Positions 24,301 to 35,153 of a stretch of 64,000 nt of DNA are shown one piece after another. The stretch is from Thecamonas trahens ATCC 50062 (taxonomy: Eukaryota > Protista > Apusomonadida): assembly GCF_000142905.1 (NCBI RefSeq), contig NW_013657644.1, positions 1 to 64,000 of the forward strand, given 5' to 3'. The first letter of the stretch is position 1, and each line of letters begins with the position of its first letter. Below the pieces are notes generated by a model. It searched no databases. It was not told where the DNA came from and was given only the letters and a program-made list of their open reading frames with translations. The position numbers and the translations under genes were made by a program.

Positions 24301-27018
24301 GCTGCGCCCGCTCCAGCTCGCTCCGCTCCAGCCCGCCCAGCGCGGACATGTCGAGGAGGAGCGCCCGTGTCCGTCCGGTCGCCGCAAGCACGTACGCGTG
24401 GCCCGGGTGCGCCGACGGCTCCACGCCTGCGGGCAAAATGAGGAACGACGAGACCGCAGACGGGAGTGGCGCCACCGTGCCGCGAGCAAGGAGGCTGCTC
24501 GCCGACGCCATCGCGGCCGACGAAGCACCTGAGACAACCGGCGACGTCGCCACTGTCAACGGCGTGCCCATCCCCGACGTGAGGCCTGTAGCACCGGAGC
24601 CTGGGGAGTTGCTCGGCCCGCTTGCAGAAGCAGCCTTGAGGTTGCGGATCTCGGCGAGCGATGCCTCAGCGAGCACGTCGCGGAAGACAAGGCCGGTGGG
24701 AAAGGTGGCGTTGAGGAGGACGTGTTCTTGGAAGAGGAGCGCGAGCCGCGGCTCGACCGCTGCTGCCGCCGCTACGTCGTCGAGCGGCGCGCCGAGGACA
24801 GTGCCGTCAGGCGCCGTGGCCCGCGCGCCGGCAGTCCGCAGCCGCGTCGCCGCAAACAGCCGCGCCGGGTACACCACCGGCGAGCCGGAGAAGAGCTGGC
24901 GGAGAACCTCGAGCCGCACCTCGGGCTCGCGATCAGAGACGCACACAATGAGCAGCCGCTTGAGGATGCGGTGCACAAACTGCGGCGAGGTGGCCTGTGA
25001 CGGCTGCGAGATGAGCTTGCAAATGGTGATCGCCGCCTGCTTGCGGATGACCGGCTCCGGATCCTCGAGGTATGAAAAGACCACGCCCTCCAGAAAGTCG
25101 TGCAAAAAGTACGAGACAAAGTCAAACATGGAGAGTGTCTTGAGCGCGAGGACTTTGGCGGCCGTCGACGACTGCGACGCTGCAAGAATGCCCATAAACT
25201 GTGGCGAGTGCAAGAGCGGCTCGAGGTGCGAATGGGTGGCGACGTGCGCAGGAGTGCCCGGGTGTCGGAACGGCGCGCCGGCAAGAATGAGAGAGACGAG
25301 ATCGAGAAGCTTGTAAAACGCCACGTCCGCCAGGTCCGGCAAGTCAGTCGCAATCGAGAGCACCGTGTCGATGAGCTCCTCCGAGAGGCCAAGCCCAAAG
25401 AGAGCGTCAAGGTTCGGCGTAAGCGCTTCGAGGAACGACGGGCCGAGCGCAGTCGCCAGTCGCGCCACCGTCGTCAACGCCTGGAGGCAGACTGACGACG
25501 CCCGCTTCTTGAGAGTCAGCGCCGTCTTGCACCAGCCCATGATGTCCTTGAGGTACGGCGTGATGTGGTGCTGGACCGCAAGCGCAAGGTCGCCGAGCGC
25601 GAGGAGCGTAACCGAGCGGAGGAGCGACGACTTGTCGCGCTCGCGCTTGAGGATTGAGAGCGAGGACTTGACCACCTTTTTGAGGTGGAGCGAGACAAAG
25701 GTGGCCACGTCGAGCGCGGCAAGGAGTGGGCTCAGCCGCAGCGCGCACATCCGCGTGTCGACAAGCCGCGCATCGCGGAGGCCCACAACCGCCTGAGTCA
25801 GCGACTCGGTGTGGGTCACAAACCGCGAGCCAGTCAGCAACACAATGTGCGACATAGTCATGAGCGCGCCATGGACCGCCGACGGCGACTTGAGTACCGA
25901 CGAGCTGACCGTCGGCCCACCCGAGCTCGACGCGCCTGCAGGAGGCGCCGGCGAGTTTGGTCGGGTCAGGCCCGTCGGCGTGTCGGCAATGATGATGGTC
26001 GACGGGCCGAGGACCGCAGAGACGTGGGAGTAGTGCTCGAGCTCGTTTGAAAGCACCGCGAGCTTCTTCTTGGGAATGGCCGACGACGAAAAGATGAGCG
26101 TGTTGCGCGCCCGGGTAAAGGCCCGCCGCGCAAAGTTGGTCAGCCCGGCCGCAGACCGCGGCTGGAGCGCAAGGAGAATCGAGGCAAGGAGCTCTGCGGC
26201 AACTTCGCGGATGGCCATATCGTCGTCGATGATGCCCTCCCACACACAGTCAAAGAGATCAAGCGGGCGGAGTTCCTTGAAGAAGAGCGTGGTATACTTG
26301 AAGAACTGCGCAGGCGCGGCACGGACAAGCACCCGCAGCGTGAGCACCGCCGCCAGCCGGTGGCCGGCCACCCGCGAGACCATCAGCCACTCGAGCGCAC
26401 GGTTGACCTCAAACTCGACAATGAGATCCGACTGTAGAATGGTGTTGGACCGGGCAACGAGCTTTCCGAGCGTTGCCGCCGCCGCCGCCATCACCTCGGG
26501 CGAAGAGCGGGGCATACAGTTCTTGAGCAAGTTGGCAAAGCGAGTGACCTTGAGCGCATTGTCGGCGACCTCGATTTCTAACAGTGCTGAAATAGCCAGC
26601 ACGCCCCCGAGCTTGGACGCAGGCCTCAGTGCAGAACCAACCATCATACCATGGATGGCGGCGTAGACTGAGTTGAGAAAGTCGGTGAGCGACTCTCCCC
26701 GCTCACGCTTCAACGCCACATTCACAAACTCTCGCAGGCTACCTGCCGCCGCCTCGCGGACCCTTGGCGAGCTGTGCACATTCCACATGCTGCTTGGTTA
26801 GTCCCATTCCGCTGCCTTGTCCATCACCCACTCGGTTGGCTTCTGTGTGGCGAACATGCGAAATTTGGTTGAAGGCGGTGCGCTGCGGGAGGGGGGGGGG
26901 AGGAGCTACCGACCCGGGTGGGAGGGGAGGGGGGGGGGGGGTTAGGGAGGGAGGGGGGAAGGGAGGAGGAGGGCATGGTAGCTTACGGGTCCTCGAGGTC
27001 GCGGAAGATTCCCTCCAT
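18311..27018 (-). CDS. TOR: Target of rapamycin kinase; exons 27018-26987 and 26789-18311
   Basis: HEAT repeats, FAT, FRB (LWFEGIDEASRCYFG), kinase (LLKGHEDLRQD, GLGDRHPSN, PFRLT) and FATC. Intron 26790-26986 reads GTAAGC...GACTAAC...CAG and joins MEGIFRDLEDP|MWNV in frame. Confidence 0.97.
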
Positions 27019-27207
27019 GCCGCGCGCTGAGAGTTGTGTTGTGTTGTGTGAGGTCGGGGCTGGTGGTGGTGTGGTGGTGCTGGGCCTCGTTGCTTTCGGC
27101 CCGCCGGCTGTGGGAGTCGGTCAGCTGGCTGACGGCAAGCTGGCTGAGAGAGCGAAGATACAGGGTGGTGTTATGCGAGGTTGGATCGGATTCAGGCTGA
27201 GACCGGA

Positions 27208-29132
27208 CTACAAGAGCGGGACAATTCCGATGGTGGGCTGAGCAGAGGAAAACGGGTTGGTGGCCGCCGATGGCTTGGTCGGCGTGGCAGCGGCAGAGAC
27301 GGCGGCGGTGGACGCTGCAGTGGCTCGCGAGCACATGAACCGCTCAAACGAGTCGTCGAGAGGGTTGGAGCCGCCTGGAGATGAAGCTGCCGAATTGGTC
27401 GACTGCGCCGCGAGCGGAGCACGGATCGGCGAGAACGAGATCAGCTTGGCGATAGGCACCGCGACAGGTGCGGGCGCAGGGGCAGCGCTGAGCGTCCCCT
27501 CGGCGTTCTCGGTGTTCTCGGCATTCTCGACATTCTCGGCAGCTGCAATCGGAGCTGAGTGGGACGGTGATGGAATGTCGGCCACGCGCTGGGCAGCGAG
27601 AATCTTAGAGACCTCCTTCCAATGTGCACGGATAGCCGAGCCAGACGTGGCCTTACGCTTGCCGGCGACGGTGCAGTCGGCGAGGCGGGCAATGTCGGCG
27701 TCGGCGAGCGAGCGGTGAAGCGCGAGCATTTTGATGGCGCGGAGAGCAAGCACAGTGCTAGAGAGATCCGACGAGACCGCATTGGCATCGAGGCAGGCAA
27801 TGAGCGCGTCGACGGCGCCCCACTGGAGGATGTCGGCGTGGACTCGCGGCGTGGCGGCGAGATTGTTGAGGATGCGGACGGCGTCGGCACGGAGAAAATC
27901 GTCTTCGGCCACCATGGGCGAGGCCAGCGCAGTGCAGAGTGAGCGGAGAAAGTACATGTCCGGAGCGGCAAACTTGATGCGGTTCGAGCCGTGCGCCGAG
28001 AGCATGGCGTACGCCCACAGCGCACCGCGAACCGCGCCATAGCTGCCAGACTCGAGCTGTCTCGAGAGGAAGTGGAGCTCGCGCTCCGAGACCACAAGCG
28101 GCTCCAGCTGGCGGGTCGCCGACTCGGCCAGAGTCCGGGTCCGCGCCAACTCGCGGATGTACGCCCGCTTGGAGATGGCGGCGTTGAGCGTGGCCGCCCA
28201 CGAGTTTGCGGTAGTCTCGGACTTGAATGCCAGAGCCAGCCGCTTTTTGCCATCCACCACCACCAACCGGTGGCCGAACGAAACGTTGCCCTTGGCATCG
28301 GTGAGCGTGGCCGCCACCGTCGACCGCGAGGCTGAGACACCCAGCTGGGCCGCGATCCGCGCCGAGGCGGTGAAGCCGTCGTCGCCAAACGAGTTGAGCT
28401 TGAGGGCATTCTTGACCTTGGGCGCGGCCAAGGTCAGGCAATCACCCGAGAGCGAGATGAACTGCCGGTTCCACTTGGACTTGCCGCTCTTGACCAGCAG
28501 ATACCCGACGCAGCCTTTGGACGGCTGTGCTGCCGACGTCTCGCACAGGACCTTGATCCATGCAGACCGGGTCTTGGGGTTCTGGCACGCGCACACCAGC
28601 GTCTTGCCATCAATGGTGACTGTAAAGATGTAGGGATGCGGGACGCGCGCCGATGTCTCCGGATCGCGGAACCTGTGGTGTGGAGGGTAAGGGTGAGGGT
28701 GAGGGGGGTTCGGAGCTGGGTTTTTTTCAAATTTTGTTGTTGCAAGGTGCGGTCCGGCGCGCCATGCGGGAGGTGCCTGCCGATGAAGGGCAGGGAGAGC
28801 AGGGCAGCTGCAAGAGAGGGGGGGCATGGTGGAAAGGTGGCGTACACAGGGCCTTCATCGTTGCAGACGGAGGCTTGTGTGGATGCGGTGACGGTGAGGG
28901 TCGACTTGACCTTGTGTTCAAAGCCGTACAAGGTGGCGGCCTTGACCACAAAGTACCGGCGGGACCACTCGGTCGGTTTGGTCTCCACCCAAGCGTAGCC
29001 TTGCTTGCTGTAGGGCGGGAAGACAATGTTGGGCTGCTCGCTAGCAAGAGAGTTGCGCCGCCGCTGGATAACAGGTGACGACACCTCGTTGTCGAGCATA
29101 GACAGTGCCCGGAAGCCGCTCATCGATGCCAT
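27208..29132 (-). CDS. Tandem PH-domain protein with ARM-like repeats; exons 29132-28846 and 28672-27208
   Basis: PH1 runs KQGYAWV...WSRRYFVV...RSAWIKVL and PH2 runs VGYLLVK...WNRQFISL...NSWAATL. ARM-like ILNNLA...ILQWGAVDALIACL follows. The GTACGC...CACAG intron keeps the frame. Confidence 0.8.
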
Positions 29133-29229
29133 GTGTGGTCGGCGGAGAGGGTGTGGCGCGACGAGTGGCCGGTGGTTCGGCGGCTCGGCAACGGCCGCGG
29201 CTGTGCGAGTCGGTGGCACCGCGTGGTGC

Positions 29230-30906
29230 TCAGTACGGGCGATTGCGGACCCGGACGTGGATGATCGAGTTGTCGCAGGTTCCCGAGACGTCTTCGGCCC
29301 GCGTGGTGGAGAGGACAGGGAACTTGCGGACAAAGGCGCCGTACCGGCCGTATGCACGCTCGAGCATAAGCTCGCGGACCTGAGCAGGGTTGGCCAAGAT
29401 GGCTTCCGGCGTGGTCCTCTGTGCCTGCGCGACAACAGGCAGGTCATCAACAACGTGGTCGTAGAGCTCGCGCGCCTCAGCGTCGGACGGCATCCGCGTC
29501 CCGCGTACAACAACGTACTTGGGCATGCGCCCGGTCACAGACAGTGCAATGTCCGACCGCTTGAGGCCAGGCACCACCGCCATGAGATGCAGATGCTCGA
29601 CCGTCCGGCGCGTGTCCCACATTGGCCGCAGCTCAAGCTTCCGCCACGCCTCGCGGGAGATGACAGGGACAGCGGCTGGAGGTGATGACGCCGGCGGCGC
29701 GGCGGTGCCAGTGCTGGAGCTGGCGCCAGTGCTCGCCCCGCCGCCGGCCTTGCACCGCTCGAGCCGGGCATCGAGCTCGTTAAGCAGGACCGACGAAGAA
29801 GCCAGCAGCTGACCGACTGCCTCGATGGCCTCAACCTTGCGGGCTCGGACGTCAGGCGCGGCCGCAAGGCCGGTGAGCGCGTCGAGTGCAGTCTCGTGGC
29901 GCATCAGCTTGCCGTGCAGCTCGCGCGCAATGTTGAGCTTTGACTTGTAAAACTGCAGCAGTTCATCCGAGTCGTGTGGCGGGAGCCGGGCCAGCTTCTC
30001 CACGTGGGTCATCCGCGACCGAATGAGCTGGACTGAGTTGACCACGCCATTGATGGCGACCAGCGCTTGCTGCGCCGCCGACTGCTCGACAGGCACGCTC
30101 TCCTCGTCACCATTTTCGGCATGATTGGCGGCGCTCGAGTCTGCCCCGGTTGTCGGAAGCACAGACGAGGCTGGGTCGGCAGGAGTGGCGGTGCCGGCAG
30201 CGGGGGCGGCGGGTGCAGCGGATGCGGCCGCGGCAGTGGCGGCCGCACGACGGCCGTCGAGCGCACTGATCGCCGCCGTCATCGCCCGCATCATGTTCAC
30301 CACATGCCGCGCGTACCGAAGATCCGGCTCAGAGGTAGTGACGGTCAGCACCTCGAGCTGGCTGGCCAGTGCCTTGGCCTCGGCCGCCAGCGCAACAGCC
30401 ACCGCCGCAGACTGGGAATCGGCGCCGGCCTCAGCGGCCGCGATCTCCGCCACGTAACCATCAATCTGAGCCGGAGTCAAATCCGCCCATGTCCGGCCAT
30501 TGCCTCTAGCCAGCACAGCCTTGACCAGACCATTCACTGCTGTCATCTCGCGGAGCTCGCCCTCGCCCTCGCCCTCGCCCTCGCCCTCGTCCCCGCCCGA
30601 GGCCGCCAGCTCGTCCGCCAGCGCATCCAGAGCGGAGGCTACCTGTGATGAGACATGGATGGACGACGATGACGGCGCGGATGATGATGGCACGGATTCA
30701 GCGCCAGCCGAGTCGACCCCAGCCACGATACAAGCCACCGTCTCGGCCGCCCGCGACAGGACTCGCTTCGCCGGCACCGACGGCACACTCCGTGGCTTGG
30801 CCTCCCAGTACACAAGCAGCTCTTCTAGAAGTTCTGCTGACGCCAGCTTGACGACAGCCCGCTGGCGGTGAAGATAGAGTGTTCGGTACTCGGGCGTGGT
30901 GTTCAT
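29230..30906 (-). CDS. BAG-like domain plus C-terminal HSP20/alpha-crystallin domain protein (upstream exon possible)
   Basis: LMRHETALDAL...DVRARKVEAIEAV is BAG-like. VVPGLKRSDIALSV...YGAFVRKFPV...EDVSGTCDNSIIHVRV matches the alpha-crystallin pattern. A possible acceptor CCCCAG lies just upstream of the ATG. Confidence 0.75.
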   Translation of the reverse strand: MNTTPEYRTLYLHRQRAVVKLASAELLEELLVYWEAKPRSVPSVPAKRVLSRAAETVACIVAGVDSAGAESVPSSSAPSSSSIHVSSQVASALDALADELAASGGDEGEGEGEGEGELREMTAVNGLVKAVLARGNGRTWADLTPAQIDGYVAEIAAAEAGADSQSAAVAVALAAEAKALASQLEVLTVTTSEPDLRYARHVVNMMRAMTAAISALDGRRAAATAAAASAAPAAPAAGTATPADPASSVLPTTGADSSAANHAENGDEESVPVEQSAAQQALVAINGVVNSVQLIRSRMTHVEKLARLPPHDSDELLQFYKSKLNIARELHGKLMRHETALDALTGLAAAPDVRARKVEAIEAVGQLLASSSVLLNELDARLERCKAGGGASTGASSSTGTAAPPASSPPAAVPVISREAWRKLELRPMWDTRRTVEHLHLMAVVPGLKRSDIALSVTGRMPKYVVVRGTRMPSDAEARELYDHVVDDLPVVAQAQRTTPEAILANPAQVRELMLERAYGRYGAFVRKFPVLSTTRAEDVSGTCDNSIIHVRVRNRPY

Positions 30907-31424
30907 GACCTGGGGAGGGGGGGGGGGAGGGGGAGAGTGGTGTGCGTGTGCGTGTGCGTGTGTGTGTGCGTGTGCGTGGCCTCTTCGGCGCTGCATCGGC
31001 GGTCGTCAACGATTGGCCCGATTGGTGGCATATGAGGGAGAGGGGGGGGGGGGATCTTATTGAGATTGTAGATGGATAAGGATGGGTGGGTGATGGGTGA
31101 CGGACGGCATGGGTAGTGGCCCAGACCCATCCGTGCGTGGAGGGTGGCCAGGTCGACCAGGTCGATGGACGCGGGGGCGCAGAAGACGACGCTGGATATC
31201 GCGAGGCGAGCTACGATGGGCTGCAGATCGGGTCCGAGTCGGTCGCAGGATGTCGCACCTTGTCGCTCGTCACAGATCGCAGCTGGGTGTAGTTGACGAC
31301 AGGTTAATCCATGAGCGGCCGCGTAGCAGCAGCATCAGGATAGAGACCGATCGTGCCCACCATGTCTGCGATTCGCCGGACAAGCCAGTTGAGGCGCTGA
31401 TGCTCGACGTGTGGCGAGAGTCGG

Positions 31425-31784
31425 TCATGGGGGCGTCGGCCCGTAGACGGCGTCGCGTTGTGCAAACTGAAAGTAGCCCTCGGTCGATGCGGCATCAAGA
31501 GCCTCTCTCAGGCCTGGCGTCGAGTCGATCCGCATGGGCTGAACCTTGAGCGGAGAGCCAGCAAAGAACAGGCCGTCATAGACGCGGATGGCGTAGACAA
31601 TGGCAGCAGGGCCGTCTTCAGTAGCAAAGGTGACAAAGGCGTAGCTCGCGCCGGCCGGCCGGTGGACCGAGGCAATGGGCGCGGACTGGGCAAAGAGCTC
31701 TGTGAGCAGCTCAGGTGTGGCCTCGTCAGTGAGATTGCCCACGTATACGCTTGCAAACGGATCAATAGAGGACCTTGACCCCAT
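31425..31784 (-). CDS. RRM-domain protein (RBM7/SF3B4-like RRM); C-terminus may extend to 31304 via a frameshift
   Basis: RNP2 VYVGNL, LLTELFAQ and RNP1 SYAFVTF. Confidence 0.75.
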   Translation of the reverse strand: MGSRSSIDPFASVYVGNLTDEATPELLTELFAQSAPIASVHRPAGASYAFVTFATEDGPAAIVYAIRVYDGLFFAGSPLKVQPMRIDSTPGLREALDAASTEGYFQFAQRDAVYGPTPP

Positions 31785-31968
31785 GTCGTGTCTCGTGAGT
31801 CGTGTGTTATGTTCGTGGCGGACCGAGCGGGGAGGAGAGGCGGAGAAGAGGGATGGAGCGCAGATCGTCGAAATCGTTCATATGGCAGAGACACCACGAG
31901 TCCAGGCTGCATGAGTCTGGGGGACTGGATGGAGCTGACTGTTCTGATCAGGCGGATATCCCCCCCGA

Positions 31969-32330
31969 TCTACCCGCCTCTCAAATCCCTCACTACCGCA
32001 AGGATCTGCCCGCTTTCCCCCCCCATCTGCCCGCCTCTCAATCCTCACTACCGCACCCACTCNNNNNNNNNNNNNNNNNNNNNNNNNNNNNNNNNNNNNN
32101 NNNNNNNNNNNNNNNNNNNNNNNNNNNNNNNNNNNNNNNNNNNNNNNNNNNNNNNNNNNNNNNNNNNNNNNNNNNNNNNNNNNNNNNNNNNNNNNNNNNN
32201 NNNNNNNNNNNNNNNNNNNNNNNNNNTTCCCGCCTCTCAAATCCCTCACTACCGCAATGATCTGCCCCCCCCCCCTCCCCATCTGCCCGCCTCTCAAATC
32301 CCTCACTACCGCAATGATCTGCCCGCTTCC
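31969..32330. repeat. ~45-55-nt tandem minisatellite spanning an assembly gap
   Basis: CCCGCCTCTCAA(A)TCC(C)TCACTACCGCA recurs twice before and twice after the N run. Confidence 0.85.
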
Positions 32331-32503
32331 CCCCGATCTGATCGCTTTACCTCATTCCCTCGCCCCCTCCATCCGATCCCTCTCAACTCCCCAACTCCGA
32401 CGCCCAGTCGACCACTCCTCTCCCTCCCTCCTTGCCCCCACACGCGCACACACGCCCCTGACCCACCCACGAGACCGAGACTGGCAGGAGGAAGGGAGAG
32501 AGG

Positions 32504-33406
32504 ATGGACAAGGGCAGGATTGTCGTGTGCGGCAACAGCTCGGTCCGCATCCGCCACCGGCTCCCCCCTACAGCCCGACCTGCCGTGGAGGACTTTCACG
32601 CCGACCACTTCCCTGTCCGCTACTCGGACGGCTTTTTTGACGCACTCATGCCCGAGACACGCGGCATGAACCAAGCGGCTCATAGCGGTGGACATGGACA
32701 AGAGACGGGACAAGGCGGATATCGGCTCTCTTCGCCTCGACGCACCGCTGCGCGCTCGGATCTGGCCGGTGGGCGGGATGCGGTGGAGGGGCCTCGCACT
32801 CCGGCGGATCAGGCCGGCGGCTATCAGCCGCACTGCATCATGGTGGCGGCGACGCCGGTCCACGAGCCGCACACTCTGTACGGGATGGCGACAGGGAGGT
32901 TTGTGGAGGAGTACACTGGGCTCGGTGGCACGCTCGAGGCCGCGTATGTGTCTACCATCGCTGTGATGGATGCCATGCGCGGGCGCGGACTCGCGTCGGT
33001 TCTGCTCGACGAGCTGATGGCCGCCATGCTCGCCGATCCCGACTATGGCGCAGCTGTCGAGGTTTTCCGCCTCCACGTCCTCGCCGACAACGTCGCCGCC
33101 ATCACTCTGTACTACAAGCATGGTTTTGTCATCCGCGAGTACCTACCGGAGCACTACGAGTTCCACAATGCGCGGCACGACGCTTTCCTGCTCCAGCGCG
33201 ACGCCTCGCTTGGCGCCTCGGTCCCGGTTGTACCTGATGCACGGGAGCGGGCGGTGGCGGACATGGCGGCGGCACGCTCGCTGCTCAACCGGCTGCTCCC
33301 ACCGCCCGAGCTGCGGTCGTTGGCGCTGCTGGTCGGAGTGGCGCTGGTCGTGCTGGGCGGCGCGGCGTTTACCTTTTCGCTGCTCATGGCGCGGCCGGTG
33401 GCGTGA
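32504..33406 (+). CDS. NAA60: GNAT N-terminal acetyltransferase, NAA60-like, with C-terminal TM segment
   Basis: HFPVRYSDGFF, AYVSTIAV...RGRGLASVLL, LHVLADNVAAITLYYKHGF...LPEHY, and a hydrophobic C-terminus. Confidence 0.7.
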   Translation: MDKGRIVVCGNSSVRIRHRLPPTARPAVEDFHADHFPVRYSDGFFDALMPETRGMNQAAHSGGHGQETGQGGYRLSSPRRTAARSDLAGGRDAVEGPRTPADQAGGYQPHCIMVAATPVHEPHTLYGMATGRFVEEYTGLGGTLEAAYVSTIAVMDAMRGRGLASVLLDELMAAMLADPDYGAAVEVFRLHVLADNVAAITLYYKHGFVIREYLPEHYEFHNARHDAFLLQRDASLGASVPVVPDARERAVADMAAARSLLNRLLPPPELRSLALLVGVALVVLGGAAFTFSLLMARPVA

Positions 33407-33437
33407 GGCCTCCGCCCCGGCGGCGGAGCGGGCTCGC

Positions 33438-35153
33438 TCAAAGGCGAGCAGACTGCGTGGCCCGCGAGCGCGAGCGGACGCGTGACTTGCGGTCGTCGTG
33501 GCGTGGCCGGCGCGAGGTCCGCTCGTGGGTGATCTTGTTGTAGTAGAAGGCCTTGCCGCGGGCGTCTTCGCCCATGCGCCAGCCGCGGGGCAGGGCGCGG
33601 CCGTAGCGGTCAAACTTGGACATGAGCGAGGTGTCCATCGGCAAGTACTTGCGCTTCTTGCCGCTCTCCATGCTTCCGCCGCAGGCCTTGCAGTACTTGG
33701 CATCCTCCATGTTGAGGGTGGCGCACCCAGGACAGGCAACCATCGGCTCAGCCACGCCGGCAGCCGCCGCAACAGGGAGGATCTCGTCCGGCGGCGGCGG
33801 CGGCGCGGCGGCGGCCTTGTCGTCGTCAAACAGCAGGCCGCCCTCGTCCGACGATGACTGAGTAAACGGCCCGGCAAAGTTGTCGGTCGCGCCGTATCGC
33901 GGCGCTGGCGCATCAAAGAGTGCCCCCTCCTCGCTGTCCTTTCCACCGTTGCCGACCGACGACGCCGACGACGACGACAGCGCCCGGTAGTTGCCGGCCA
34001 CCGTTCGCGCCTTGACGTGCTCCGCCATCTTGAGCTTGAGCCGGACAGCGAGAACACAGCCGAGGATGCCGACTGCTGCCAGGCACGAGCCCACAATGAG
34101 CGAGCGCTTGACGAGGGTGTTCATCTTGGCTGGCGGGCCTGGCGCAGGCGTCGGCGACGGGCTGTGGCCTGGCGGCGGCGGCGCGCCGGGCGGGCTTGGC
34201 GGGCTCGGCGGCGCTCCTGGAGGGCTTGGTGTTGGCCCCGGGTTTGTGCATCCGCCCGAGCACGCTTGGCAGTGCGAGATCGAGAACGTGCTCACGCACT
34301 CGACGGTCGACACAAAGGTAAACTTGTAGTCGGTCCCGGTCTGCGACTGGTCGCACTTGAACTGTATGAGACCCTTGTTGTTCGTCTGGCACGTGCTCGA
34401 GAACGCACCGCCGTCCATGGTCATCTCCACGCCGGTCCCCGACGGGGTCATCTCCGAGTACGTGATCTGGTCCTTGGCGAGCTGCTTGGAGTTGGACGAG
34501 CCCCATGTCTGGCACACTGTCGTGTCTGCTCCACACACCGACGACGTCAGCGGGCTACACACTGCGATGGTATACACGTAGTCTGTGGTTGAGACCTCGT
34601 ATCCCACACCGCTGTGCCAGGAGTTGACGGGGAAGGAATGTGAGTGGGGCGTTGTCATGATTAGGCCGACCGACAGCCATAGGCCCATGCCGGCACGACA
34701 TGATCTCTGCTCTCAAAGCAGAGCAGAGATCATGTCGTCCACCCGGGTAGTTGGCTCTTGCACCCAGGCTCTATCCTACCAGGTCGATAGACAGGAATCT
34801 CCATCGCGGCGCATCATGGTCGACGACGACTTGTGGCCCATCACGACGGCTCGTGGCTCATCGCGGCGACTCGTGGCCCCCATCACGACGGCTCGTGGCG
34901 GACAACAGGCAGCAGCATGCGTGCGCGTATCGGACAGCGAGAACGTGTGATGGGGGGGGGGGAGGCGGGAGCACATGCACAGCACAAGTGGTAGACATGG
35001 CAGTGGTATCAACAATGGCAAAGGCATGACAACGTACGAGTTGTCAAAGGGCGAGAGGTCGTAGCTTTGGTACGAGCATGAAGCGGCGTGTGACTGGAGA
35101 GGGAGGAGGAGCAGAGCAAGGAGGGAGAGCGACAGGAGGGGGGACAGCTCCAT
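33438..35153 (-). CDS. Type I membrane protein: signal peptide, MRH (mannose-6-phosphate receptor-like) domain, Pro-rich stalk, TM, cytosolic zinc ribbon and WW domain; exons 35153-35038 and 34611-33438
   Basis: YDLSPF...YVYTIAVC...VCQ...IQFKCD...ECVSTF matches the MRH pattern. Tail motifs CPGC...CKAC and LPRGWRMGEDARGKAFYYN. The GTACGT...CACAG intron keeps the frame. Confidence 0.8.

Noticed and set aside
18356-26666. Many long plus-strand ORFs opposite TOR (and opposite other genes)
   Set aside because: These are antisense shadow ORFs, expected in GC-rich coding DNA.
31097-31430. Possible UGA read-through or selenoprotein extension of the RRM ORF
   Set aside because: The downstream in-frame peptide is not protein-like and no SECIS was recognised. 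A frameshift or a plain 3' UTR is simpler.
31969-32330. Repeats with short variable spacers resembling a CRISPR array
   Set aside because: The context is eukaryotic, there are no cas genes, and the spacers are related C-rich sequences. It is a minisatellite.
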